A stretch of 64,000 nt of DNA from Bacilli bacterium (GTDB lineage Bacteria > Bacillota_I > Bacilli_A > RFN20 > CAG-826): positions 1 to 64,000 of the forward strand of contig JAZLKX010000040.1 in NCBI GenBank assembly GCA_045597865.1, in the 5' to 3' direction. The notes under the pieces were generated by a model. It searched no databases. It had not been told where the DNA came from and worked only from the letters and a program-made list of their open reading frames with translations. Shown here in pieces: positions 1-8,954 of this stretch. Each line of letters starts with the position of its first letter. Position 1 is the stretch's first letter. A program made the position numbers and the translations under genes.

Positions 1-1790
1 TAATCAAGTAAGTTTTTACGAATATCAAAGTTTTGACCTTCAATTTGTTTTTGGGCGTTTGTAATAACTGCGGAAAAGAACTTTGATTCAAGTGGTCCTT
101 CTCCGAAGGTTTCGATACGTTTTTGAATTCCTTCTGCAGCAAATCTTTTGAGAAGATCGTCATCAAAGCTTACGTAGAATCTTGAGAAGCCCGGATCGCC
201 TTGACGTCCAGAACGTCCTCTCAACTGGTTATCAATACGACGTGATTCGTGACGTTCTGTACCAAAAACACAGAGTCCACCAAGAGCTTTGATTTCATCA
301 GAAATTTTAATATCGGTACCACGGCCAGCCATGTTGGTTGCAATAGTAATTGCGCCTTTTTCGCCTGCATGTGCAATAATTTCAGCTTCGCGTGCGTGAT
401 TCTTAGCGTTTAATGTCTCGTGCTTTAAGCCTTCGTTATCCAACATCTTTGAAACTTCTTCAGAAGATTCAACAGAGACTGTGCCAACAAGTATTGGTTG
501 TCCTTTTTCGTGTCTAACCTTAATTTCTTTAACAAGTTCTTCAAGTTTTTCTTTCTTGTGTGCATAAATAAAATCTGTAGCATCAATTCTTTGAATTGGT
601 CTATTGGTTGGAATAGAGACAACTCTCATGTTATAAATCTTTTGGAACTCTTCTTCTTCGGTCTTGGCTGTACCTGTCATACCAGACATCTTTTTAAAGA
701 GTCTGAAGAAGTTTTGATAGGTAATTGTAGCCATTGTAATGGTTTCTTCTTTAATTTTGACGTTTTCTTTAGCTTGAATAGCTTGTTGCAAACCATCAGA
801 ATATTCACGGCCCTTTAAGATACGACCAGTAAACTGGTCAATAAGTTGAATTTCGCCTTCTGAGTCAACCATATACTCTACATCGCGAGTCATGATGTAG
901 TTAGCCTTTAAAGCTTGTTGAATTCTATGTAAATCTTCTTGGTGGGAACCATCATTGAGGTTTTCTACACCAAAAAGTTGTTCAGCGCGTTTGTTACCTG
1001 CTTCTGTTAATGAACAGGTTTTGTCTTTGATATCAATTTCGAAATCAACATCTCTTTTAAGCATCTTTGCAAATCTATCATAGACTTGGTAAGAAGATGC
1101 ACTTGTTCTGGATTGACCAGAAATAATAAGAGGGGTTCTTGATTCATCAATCAAGATGGAGTCGGCTTCGTCTATGACGGCGTAGTTAAGTCCTCTTAAA
1201 ACACGACGCGCTTTTGTATTAGCCATGTTGTCTCTTAAGTAGTCAAAACCAAGTTCTGAGTTTGTTGAATAACAAATATCACATAAGTGTTGTTGTTGTT
1301 TTTCTTGAGTTGTTAAATCGTGAATATTACAACCAACTGTTAAGCCTAAGAATCTATAGATTTGTCCCATCCAATCAGCGTCACGTTGTGCAAGGTATTC
1401 GTTGACAGTTACTACGTAAGCACCTTCGCCTTGAAGAGCATTTAAATAGATTGCCATTGTAGCAGTTAAGGTTTTACCTTCACCTGTTTTCATTTCGGCA
1501 ACGTCGCCATCGTGCATAACTAATGCACCAATAACTTGTACTTTGTAAGGGAATTGTCCTAAAGTTCTTTTAGCAGCTTCACGAGCTACGGCCATGGCTT
1601 CATATTTAATATCATTAAGGGTTTCACCCTTTGCTAATCTATCTTTAAAATAAGGGGTTTTATCACGAAGTTGATCATCTGTTAATGCAGCCATCTCTGC
1701 TTCGTATGCTAAAACCTTATCAGCTTCTTTGCTGTAGTGTTTGAGTACTCTTTCATCGACTCTAAATAATTTTTCAATAAAATTTGCCAT
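1..1790 (-). CDS. secA: Preprotein translocase ATPase SecA (3' end outside window)
   Basis: Not in the ORF track because it runs off the edge. Manual translation from ATG 1790 gives MANFIEKLFRVDERVLK...VAEMKTGEGKTL...VTVNEYLAQRD...IDEADSILIDESRTPLIISG...ATNMAGRGTDI...QLRGRSGRQGDPG. AAGGAG RBS upstream. Confidence 0.97.
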   Translation of the reverse strand, partial: MANFIEKLFRVDERVLKHYSKEADKVLAYEAEMAALTDDQLRDKTPYFKDRLAKGETLNDIKYEAMAVAREAAKRTLGQFPYKVQVIGALVMHDGDVAEMKTGEGKTLTATMAIYLNALQGEGAYVVTVNEYLAQRDADWMGQIYRFLGLTVGCNIHDLTTQEKQQQHLCDICYSTNSELGFDYLRDNMANTKARRVLRGLNYAVIDEADSILIDESRTPLIISGQSRTSASSYQVYDRFAKMLKRDVDFEIDIKDKTCSLTEAGNKRAEQLFGVENLNDGSHQEDLHRIQQALKANYIMTRDVEYMVDSEGEIQLIDQFTGRILKGREYSDGLQQAIQAKENVKIKEETITMATITYQNFFRLFKKMSGMTGTAKTEEEEFQKIYNMRVVSIPTNRPIQRIDATDFIYAHKKEKLEELVKEIKVRHEKGQPILVGTVSVESSEEVSKMLDNEGLKHETLNAKNHAREAEIIAHAGEKGAITIATNMAGRGTDIKISDEIKALGGLCVFGTERHESRRIDNQLRGRSGRQGDPGFSRFYVSFDDDLLKRFAAEGIQKRIETFGEGPLESKFFSAVITNAQKQIEGQNFDIRKNLLD

Positions 1791-1867
1791 AGTTTTTGCT
1801 CCTTATGCGGACAATTTAGTATTCTACCATATATAAATGGTATATCAACATAATTATCGTTATAATC

Positions 1868-1895
1868 TTGTAAAAATTAAAATATTTGCTAAAAT
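1868..1895 (+). promoter_or_regulatory. Putative sigma-A promoter of the small RNA, divergent from secA
   Basis: TTGTAA (1868-1873), 16 nt, then TAAAAT (1890-1895) preceded by an extended -10 TGn. Confidence 0.55.
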
Positions 1896-1900
1896 ATAGA

Positions 1901-1989
1901 TGTTGGTGATTGACCGCCTTTGGTGGAATCGTAGCCAACAACTAGAAGCAACTGACAATTTACCAACGATTGGTGTCAGTTGTTTTTTT
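1901..1989 (+). ncRNA. Putative ~90-nt two-hairpin small RNA antisense to the 3' end of the 113-aa ORF
   Basis: Hairpin 1: TGTTGG/CCAACA, TGATT/AATCG, CCGCC-TTT-GGTGG. Hairpin 2: CAACTGAC/GTCAGTTG followed by T7 (intrinsic terminator). Promoter lies immediately upstream. Confidence 0.5.
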
Positions 1990-2301
1990 ATTTTTATAAT
2001 ATTTATAAATTTTTTTTGATTTTCTTCTATCACTAAAACAAAGCGCATTCGATAAATATTTTGTTGAATATGTTTTTTTATGATATTTTCGAACTCTTAG
2101 TAAAAAATATGTCTCGGTTCCATCATCAAATAGATTTCTTGTCATTGGAACGTTGCTTCTTTGTTCGTCTGTTGATTTTGTTGATATAAATACACAAGTG
2201 ACTATATCGTTCTCTATATTCTTAACATGACCATAATGACCATGTGAAAAGTTAAATCTAATTTGACCTTTTTTAAATGTGCGGCTTTCTTTTAATTTCA
2301 T
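1960..2301 (-). CDS. Hypothetical basic 113-aa protein (possible PemK/MazF-like fold)
   Basis: Intact ORF starting 2 nt after the comFC stop; noticeably AT-rich; no family recognised with certainty. Confidence 0.65.
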   Translation of the reverse strand: MKLKESRTFKKGQIRFNFSHGHYGHVKNIENDIVTCVFISTKSTDEQRSNVPMTRNLFDDGTETYFLLRVRKYHKKTYSTKYLSNALCFSDRRKSKKIYKYYKNKKTTDTNRW

Positions 2302-2303
2302 AA

Positions 2304-2960
2304 TTATCTCTTGCCTAAATCAATGGTCTTTGACATCAACAAAACTTTGATTTTCTTTGGGTGTTTTTGATTAACTAAATTTATCATTGCTTTGACTGTA
2401 GATCCTGTCGTAAAAACGTCATCCACAATTAGAACTTTCTTGTTTGAAAAATCTATGTCATCAATAACCAAAACATCTTTAATATTTTTGCGTTCTTCTG
2501 AGGTCAAATCAGCTTGCTTAACCTTCTTGGTTTTGTGAACACATTTTTTCATTTTTAAATTAAGAACCGAGAACATTTCTTCGACGTGATTAAACCCTCT
2601 TTCTTCATCAGCTTCTTCGAATGATGGGGCAGGCACCATAATATAACCATTAAACTTAATCTTTAAGTAATTCTTATAGTACTCCAAAAATATGGTTCTT
2701 AATTCGTAATCTTTGCACCCTTTAAATTGATACAAAATCTCTTGAACTTTTTCGTTATAATAGAAAATATTCAAGCACTTAATTCCTTCAAATTTAAACT
2801 CATTAAAAGCGGGTTTTAACTCAAGCAAACAATCATGACAAATTGATATGTCTTTTGACAACAAATTATGAAAGGTTGCTTCATTATCAATTGTTCTAAA
2901 ACACACCTTACAAATTCGTGTTTTTTGACTCGATTGTTCCGATTGCTTTTCTAATTTCAT
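2304..2960 (-). CDS. comFC: ComFC/ComF family competence protein (Zn ribbon + PRTase domain)
   Basis: CKVC...CHDC ribbon, RGFNHVE, LIVDDVFTTGST; start uncertain (2960 or further upstream). Confidence 0.9.
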   Translation of the reverse strand: MKLEKQSEQSSQKTRICKVCFRTIDNEATFHNLLSKDISICHDCLLELKPAFNEFKFEGIKCLNIFYYNEKVQEILYQFKGCKDYELRTIFLEYYKNYLKIKFNGYIMVPAPSFEEADEERGFNHVEEMFSVLNLKMKKCVHKTKKVKQADLTSEERKNIKDVLVIDDIDFSNKKVLIVDDVFTTGSTVKAMINLVNQKHPKKIKVLLMSKTIDLGKR

Positions 2961-4053
2961 CTGTGTCTTTATTGACAAGAAAAATGACTTCACCTTCTGG
3001 AGCATCAATCTTCCTCCCAACTCTACCAGAAATTTGGATTAAGGCTTGCGAATCATAAATAAAGTTGTCTGCATCAAAAACGATCACTTGAAGATTCTTA
3101 AATGTGACGCCCCTTTCCAACACTGCAGTAGTAACTAAAAATTTGTATTTGCCTTCTTTAAAATCTTGAATTTTCTTAGATCTATCTTTACATTTTGAGT
3201 GAACAAAAGTTCCGTTCTTTAGTTTCAAACTTAGAATTTTGTAGACGAATTCACACTTATCAATTGTTGGTGCAAAAACAAACACAACTTTATCTTCTAA
3301 AAAGAATCGTTTTAGCTTTTCAAATAACCACGGGAATTTAAGAAAACCAATCTTTTTTACAACCTCTGGAACGGGAAGTGGATGACGATGAAAACGCGTA
3401 TTTAACTCCAAAATCGCCCTGTTTTCCCGGCTAAAATAGTCTAGAGCGTCTTTTGGAGGTGTGGCTGACATCATAACAATATTTCCTCTAACTGCCCTGA
3501 AAAACATCTTGCTTAAAAGTTGGTCTCCCTTGAATGGAAATGCATCAATTTCATCAAGAATAATTAGATCAAAATAATTCTCGTATCGATACATTTGGTG
3601 GGTTGTCAAAACAACAATATCTGCTTCTAACTTTTCTGTGTGACCTCCGTAAAGCGGAACGACTGTATTTGTCGGGAACACTTCTTTGATTCTGTAGTAA
3701 AGTTCGATAACAACATCTCTTCTTGGGACGGCAAAAGCAACATTTTTCCCCTGCGACAAACAAGTTGCAATGACGTGATAGACAAGTTCTGTCTTTCCTG
3801 CACCACAAACCGCATTAATCAAGGTGTCTTTTTTATGTTTCCAATTATCTACTACTGCATCTGAAATCCTTTTTTGGTCATCAGAAAGCGGGTAGCCTAG
3901 TTTTAAAACTACGGCTCCCGGATCAATATGGTGTTCTTCTGCCTTTTTGCCGTTCATTGAAATACAGAAACGGCAATAAGGCACTCCGTTTCTGTAACCA
4001 ATGTATTTAGGATTTTTATTTCCGCATCTTGGACAAACAAAATTACTACTCAC
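2908..4053 (-). CDS. comFA: ComFA DEAD/DEAH-box competence helicase
   Basis: CPRC..YCRFC, AVCGAGKTE, DEIDAFPF, TTAVLERGVT, QISGRVGR; GTG start. Confidence 0.93.
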   Translation of the reverse strand: MSSNFVCPRCGNKNPKYIGYRNGVPYCRFCISMNGKKAEEHHIDPGAVVLKLGYPLSDDQKRISDAVVDNWKHKKDTLINAVCGAGKTELVYHVIATCLSQGKNVAFAVPRRDVVIELYYRIKEVFPTNTVVPLYGGHTEKLEADIVVLTTHQMYRYENYFDLIILDEIDAFPFKGDQLLSKMFFRAVRGNIVMMSATPPKDALDYFSRENRAILELNTRFHRHPLPVPEVVKKIGFLKFPWLFEKLKRFFLEDKVVFVFAPTIDKCEFVYKILSLKLKNGTFVHSKCKDRSKKIQDFKEGKYKFLVTTAVLERGVTFKNLQVIVFDADNFIYDSQALIQISGRVGRKIDAPEGEVIFLVNKDTDEIRKAIGTIESKNTNL

Positions 4054-4076
4054 ACTATATATTTACAGCGAAAAAG

Positions 4077-4103
4077 AAAAAAGTGAGAAAACTCACCTTT
4101 TTC
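4077..4103 (-). terminator. Putative intrinsic terminator after rpiB
   Basis: GTGAG-aaaa-CTCAC stem flanked by A/T runs. Confidence 0.5.
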
Positions 4104-4126
4104 AAAAATAAAATTTTTGAAGAAAT

Positions 4127-4552
4127 TTACTCGATTTCGTTTACTCGTCTCTCGTGACGGCCACCTTCGAATTTTGTATCCAAGAAAATATCAATTCTTC
4201 TTAAAACGTCTTCGAGTTTCATAAAGGAAGCTCCAAAGGAAATCATATTAGCATTATTGTGTTGTCTTATAAGTCTTGCGACATCGTCGTTATATGCAAT
4301 ACCAGCACGAACACCTTTAACTTTGTTGGCAGCAATTGCGATTCCTTCTCCAGATGAACAAACGAGAATTCCAAATTCAGCTTCTTTATCTGCTACTTTT
4401 TTAGCTGCTGCTCTAGCAAAGATTGGATAGTCACAAGATTCTAATGAATTTGTACCACAATCAATCATTTCGTGACCTTTGTTTTCTAAATATTTAATAA
4501 TTTCTTGTTTATATGCATAACCTGCGTGATCGCTTGCGATTGAAATTTTCAT
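4127..4552 (-). CDS. rpiB: Ribose 5-phosphate isomerase B
   Basis: ISIASDHAG, DYP, ANKVKGVRA, HNNANM, FEGGRHERRV. Confidence 0.95.
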   Translation of the reverse strand: MKISIASDHAGYAYKQEIIKYLENKGHEMIDCGTNSLESCDYPIFARAAAKKVADKEAEFGILVCSSGEGIAIAANKVKGVRAGIAYNDDVARLIRQHNNANMISFGASFMKLEDVLRRIDIFLDTKFEGGRHERRVNEIE

Positions 4553-5166
4553 TATTTGTTCTCCTTTTCGATAACTTTTCTAATTTCGTCCATTGTAACA
4601 ACACCTTCTCTGAATACGTGTGTATATTTGTCCTTTACAAGGACAACTGTTGATGGTGTATTGCTAATTGAATGGCCTTCAATAACAGCTTCAATTTCAT
4701 TTTTAAAAATCATTTCGACTTCTTTGGCGGATGTAGCTGGTTGCTCGCCGCTTCTATTTGCGCTCGGTACCAAAAGTGGTTTTCCGGTTTTTCTTATCAA
4801 ATCTCTAATTAATGGATAATCTGCTATTCTAATACCAATGTTTCCTTCTACCGAAACACACCATGAAGGTAAACCTTCTTTTGCTTTGGTAATCATTGTA
4901 AATTGACCTGGCATAAATGCTTTAACTAATGCTTTAGAAACATTTGTGAGTTCTGCATATTTTTCAACTTCATCAGTGTCTGCAAGCATTAACGTAAAAG
5001 GCTTTTCTGGAGGTCTTCTTTTAACACTTACAAGTGCATCATATGCTTCTTTGTTGTCAAAGACAACACCAAGACCAAAAACTGTTTCTGTTGGAAACGC
5101 AATTACTCCGCCTCTTTTTAAGATTTCGGCAGCTTCATCCAATTGGGTTTGTCTTAAAATTTTCAT
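4552..5166 (-). CDS. tsaC: L-threonylcarbamoyladenylate synthase (TsaC/YrdC)
   Basis: AFPTETVFGLG, VKRRPPEKP, PSANRSG, PST motifs. Confidence 0.93.
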   Translation of the reverse strand: MKILRQTQLDEAAEILKRGGVIAFPTETVFGLGVVFDNKEAYDALVSVKRRPPEKPFTLMLADTDEVEKYAELTNVSKALVKAFMPGQFTMITKAKEGLPSWCVSVEGNIGIRIADYPLIRDLIRKTGKPLLVPSANRSGEQPATSAKEVEMIFKNEIEAVIEGHSISNTPSTVVLVKDKYTHVFREGVVTMDEIRKVIEKENK

Positions 5167-5178
5167 AATTAAATTTTA

Positions 5179-6018
5179 CTACCTTATCATTAGAATTAAA
5201 ATTCTTTCTTTTCCGTTAATATCTTTTCTGAATGCATATTGAACATTTTTTAATGTTTTATGCATAAGTTCAATAAGTTTTTCTTTTATATCGTATCCAA
5301 TTTCAAAAACGCACAACATTTCCTTATTTTTTAGTTTTGGTAGAGCTTTAAAAATGTCTTCATAAACGTTAAGGTTTTCGTCTGCAAAAAGCGCAAGGTG
5401 TGGTTCGTATTTTAAGACAGATTCATCAACATCTTCTCTCTTTAAAATGTAAGGCGGATTTGCAACAAACAAATCAATCTTTGCACCCGCCTTAACAAGT
5501 TCATCACAAGCATTTCCAATATAGAAATTTGCAATTACATCGTTGCGCACGCAATTTTTCTTTGCAACTTCTACTGCATCAGCTGAAATATCGGACATAT
5601 GTAAGTATCTAACTTTTAATTTTTTAGCAAGGCTGATTCCCATAACTCCTGAACCGCAACAAACATCAGCAACATTGATAACATGATCGCCAAAAACTTG
5701 GAGTGCTCTAAGGTAAGCTTGAGCAACAACTTCTTCAGTTTCTTGGCGCGGAATTAAAACGCGATTATCAACATAAAAATCATTGCCTAAAAATTCAGTT
5801 TCTCCAAGGATGTACTGAACTGGCTCTCCAGCCAAAAAACGCGAGAAATCGCGGGAAAATCCCTCAAAATCTCGAACATTTTCATTTTTGTGAATATAAA
5901 AACCAGACATCGATTTGATACCATTATTGTGACACAAAAGTATACGTACAGATATCTCATCGACCTCTGGATTTTTAAGTTTTGTTAATGCTTGTTTGTA
6001 AGCTTCAAATAATGTCAT
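5179..6018 (-). CDS. prmC: Release factor glutamine methyltransferase
   Basis: GEPVQYILG, LIPRQETEE, DVCCGSG, ANPPY; follows prfA. Confidence 0.95.
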   Translation of the reverse strand: MTLFEAYKQALTKLKNPEVDEISVRILLCHNNGIKSMSGFYIHKNENVRDFEGFSRDFSRFLAGEPVQYILGETEFLGNDFYVDNRVLIPRQETEEVVAQAYLRALQVFGDHVINVADVCCGSGVMGISLAKKLKVRYLHMSDISADAVEVAKKNCVRNDVIANFYIGNACDELVKAGAKIDLFVANPPYILKREDVDESVLKYEPHLALFADENLNVYEDIFKALPKLKNKEMLCVFEIGYDIKEKLIELMHKTLKNVQYAFRKDINGKERILILMIR

Positions 6019-7097
6019 TTTTCTTGTTCACCAAGCATCTTCATTTCTTGGTCATAATGTTGAAGTGCATCAAGAACTTCATCGAGATCACCTTCCATAA
6101 CTCTATCAAGTTTTTGAATTGTGAAACTAATTCTATGGTCGGTAACACGGTTTTGTGGATAGTTGTAAGTTCTGATTTTTTCAGATCTTTCTCCTGTGCC
6201 AACTTTTAATTTACGTTCATTGCCGATTTTTTCGTCTTGTTCTTCTTGAAGTTTAGCAAAGACTTTGGCACGCAACATTTGTAAACAAATTTCTCTATTT
6301 TGAATTTGAGATTTCTCAATTTGACAAGATGCGACAACGCCTGTTGGGATATGAGTCATACGAACAGCAGATTCTGTTTTGTTGACGTTTTGACCGCCAG
6401 CGCCTTGTGATCTATAAGTATCAACTTGAACATCGTTCATGTTGATTTCAACATCAATTTCTTCCATTTCTGGCATAACAAGAACTGTTGCGGTTGATGT
6501 ATGAATACGTCCAGCTGCTTCAGTCTTCGGCACTCTTTGAACACGATGTGCGCCAGATTCAAATTTTAATCTTGAATAGACATTATCGCCTTTAACCATA
6601 AATGAAATTAAAGAGAAACCGCCTGCTTCTGATTCGTTAGCATCAAGAATTTGAATCTTCCAGCCTTGATGTTCAGCGTATCTTGTGTACATTCTGAAAA
6701 GGTCACCTGCGAAGATGTTTCCTTCATCGCCGCCAGCAGCTCCACGAATTTCAACAATAATGTTTTTGTCGTCATTTGGATCTTTTGGAAGCAACATAAT
6801 TTTTAAATCATCACAAAGCTTTGTTTCTTCTTCTATTAAGCGTTTGTGTTCGCTATGACCGAGCTCAACAATGTCTGGATCTTGGTCATTAATCATTGCT
6901 TCGGCATCTTTAATATCTGAGGCAATTCTTAAGTATTTTTCGTAGGCTTCAACTACTGGTTCAAGGTTAGCTCTTTCTTTAGAAAGGTCACGAAAACGAC
7001 GCATGTCTTTCATGACATTTTCATCACATAAATCTCTATCGACTTCCTGAAGTCTAACCTTAGAGACTTCGAGTCGTTTTAACATACTTTGTTCCAT
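6015..7097 (-). CDS. prfA: Peptide chain release factor 1
   Basis: GAGGQNVNKT (GGQ), PKT anticodon motif (RVPKTE), RTYNYPQNRVTDHR; start taken at MEQSM. Confidence 0.97.
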   Translation of the reverse strand: MEQSMLKRLEVSKVRLQEVDRDLCDENVMKDMRRFRDLSKERANLEPVVEAYEKYLRIASDIKDAEAMINDQDPDIVELGHSEHKRLIEEETKLCDDLKIMLLPKDPNDDKNIIVEIRGAAGGDEGNIFAGDLFRMYTRYAEHQGWKIQILDANESEAGGFSLISFMVKGDNVYSRLKFESGAHRVQRVPKTEAAGRIHTSTATVLVMPEMEEIDVEINMNDVQVDTYRSQGAGGQNVNKTESAVRMTHIPTGVVASCQIEKSQIQNREICLQMLRAKVFAKLQEEQDEKIGNERKLKVGTGERSEKIRTYNYPQNRVTDHRISFTIQKLDRVMEGDLDEVLDALQHYDQEMKMLGEQEK

Positions 7098-7220
7098 AAG
7101 CGCCAAGATTATACCACAAACAAAAGTTTGAATAAAGAGAAACAATCTTTAATTAATATAGATATTAAAATGCTTTCTTTTAGAGGCGAAAAGTTATAAA
7201 ATCTAACTCGGTACAAAATT

Positions 7221-8954
7221 ATGGCATATAAAGCATTATACAGAACATATCGTCCACAAACCTTTGAAGAAGTCGCTGGACAAAAACACATTATTAGAAC
7301 ATTAAAGAACGCTTTAGCGACCAACAAAATCGCTCACGCTTATCTTTTCTGTGGCCCTAGAGGTACAGGAAAGACAACCATGGCAAAGTTATTTGCTAAA
7401 GCACTCAACTGTGAAGAAGGACTTGGACATCAATGTAATCATTGCTCCAATTGTTTAGAAATTATTGAAGGATCTCATCCAGATGTAATCGAAATCGACG
7501 CTGCGTCAAATAACGGCGTTGATCAAGTTCGTGATCTCATTGATACAGTCAACTATCTTCCTATTAAAGGAAAAAAGAAAGTTTATATCATTGACGAAGT
7601 TCATATGATGACAACAAGTGCATTTAATGCACTCTTAAAAACATTAGAAGAGCCTCCAGAGCACGTTATTTTCATTCTTGCTACAACTGAGCCACACAAC
7701 ATCATTCCAACCATCCTTTCAAGATGTCAACGTTATGATTTTACTAAAGTAAGTGATGGTGATATTGAAGAAAGAATGATGACTGTTCTCGAAAAAGAAG
7801 GCGTTCAATATGATAAAGAAGCTGTAAGAGCTATTATCTCACTAGCTGATGGCGGAATGCGTGATGCTTTATCAATTCTTGATCAAATTTTAGCTTACTC
7901 AAATAACACTCTAAGTGTTGATGATGTCTATTCGATCTTTGGTCTTCTCTCCACTAAAGAAAAAGTTAATTTCTTGAAAGATATTAACTCTGGAGATGTG
8001 ACCAGAACTCTCGGAAAAGTTAAATCCTTCAGTGAAGCTGGCGTTGATATTAAACGCCTAACTGAAGATTTGTTAGAAATTTTAAAAGATGTTCTTATCT
8101 ATAAGAAAACTAAAGATGAAAATGAACTAACAAAATTAAACGAACAAGACGCCGCTGATTTAGCAAGCGCAATTGAAATTCGCAAACTTCATGAAATGAT
8201 TGGTTCATTCTTAAGACTTCAACTTGATTTTAAAACAGCAAGCAATATCAAAACAATGTTTGAAGTAGCTTTGTTAAAACTCTTAACTGCTGATGATGTT
8301 CAAGTCGCACCTGCACCTAAAGTTGCACCTGCGCCGCAACCTAAACCGGCGCCTGCACCAGCACCCGCTCCGGTTGCACCTGTAGTCGAGAAACCAAAGG
8401 TTGAGGAACCAAAGCCAGAAGTTAAAACAACTCCAGTAGCTCCTAAACCAGTTATTGAAGAACCAAAGGTTGAACCAAAAGCAAAAGCTCCAGATTGGTT
8501 ATTTGATGATGATTCAACAAAGAAGATTGTTGAGGTTGAAGGTGATAAATATGAATTTGATGATGAGTTAATCATTAAATTAATGGTCACTGGTGACAAA
8601 GAATTACGTCACAACATCGTTTCAAGATGGGATGAATTAGACTCTTACTTAGGACACCCAACATTAGGTGATTTAGTTGCACTTTTGAAAGATGGAAATC
8701 CATTCATTGCAACTCAAAATGTCCTGGTTTTGCAGTATGATTTTGAAAAATTAGCCGCAAAACTCAATGTAAAAGTTAATTCAAATCGCATTTCAGAAAT
8801 ACTTAAGAAAATGCTTGGAAGAGACATGTTTGTCTATGCAGTTTCAAGAAGCGAATCAGTAAGATTATTGACCGCTTACCAAAACTTAAGACAAATCTCA
8901 AAACTTCCATTACCAAGAAATATCAAAATTTATTTGGAGGATTTACGCAAATGA
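7221..8954 (+). CDS. dnaX: DNA polymerase III subunit gamma/tau
   Basis: ALYRTYRPQTF, GPRGTGKTT, DAASNNGV, DEVHM, LLKTLEEPP, SRC; Pro/Ala-rich linker. Confidence 0.97.
   Translation: MAYKALYRTYRPQTFEEVAGQKHIIRTLKNALATNKIAHAYLFCGPRGTGKTTMAKLFAKALNCEEGLGHQCNHCSNCLEIIEGSHPDVIEIDAASNNGVDQVRDLIDTVNYLPIKGKKKVYIIDEVHMMTTSAFNALLKTLEEPPEHVIFILATTEPHNIIPTILSRCQRYDFTKVSDGDIEERMMTVLEKEGVQYDKEAVRAIISLADGGMRDALSILDQILAYSNNTLSVDDVYSIFGLLSTKEKVNFLKDINSGDVTRTLGKVKSFSEAGVDIKRLTEDLLEILKDVLIYKKTKDENELTKLNEQDAADLASAIEIRKLHEMIGSFLRLQLDFKTASNIKTMFEVALLKLLTADDVQVAPAPKVAPAPQPKPAPAPAPAPVAPVVEKPKVEEPKPEVKTTPVAPKPVIEEPKVEPKAKAPDWLFDDDSTKKIVEVEGDKYEFDDELIIKLMVTGDKELRHNIVSRWDELDSYLGHPTLGDLVALLKDGNPFIATQNVLVLQYDFEKLAAKLNVKVNSNRISEILKKMLGRDMFVYAVSRSESVRLLTAYQNLRQISKLPLPRNIKIYLEDLRK

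Noticed and set aside
425-818. ORF-track entries 425..622 and 498..818
   Set aside because: Shadow frames inside secA, which the track misses because it runs off the window edge.
1860-2048. 62-aa minus-strand ORF spanning the putative sRNA
   Set aside because: Overlaps the 113-aa ORF in another frame, has no SD, and is not a convincing hydrophobic type I toxin.
7565-7580. A AAA AAG slippery heptamer in dnaX
   Set aside because: It lies at about codon 118 within the ATPase domain, far from where a gamma-generating frameshift would be useful, and has no evident stimulatory hairpin.
8300-8599. Antisense Gly/Ala-rich ORF
   Set aside because: Mirror image of the Pro/Ala linker codons of dnaX.
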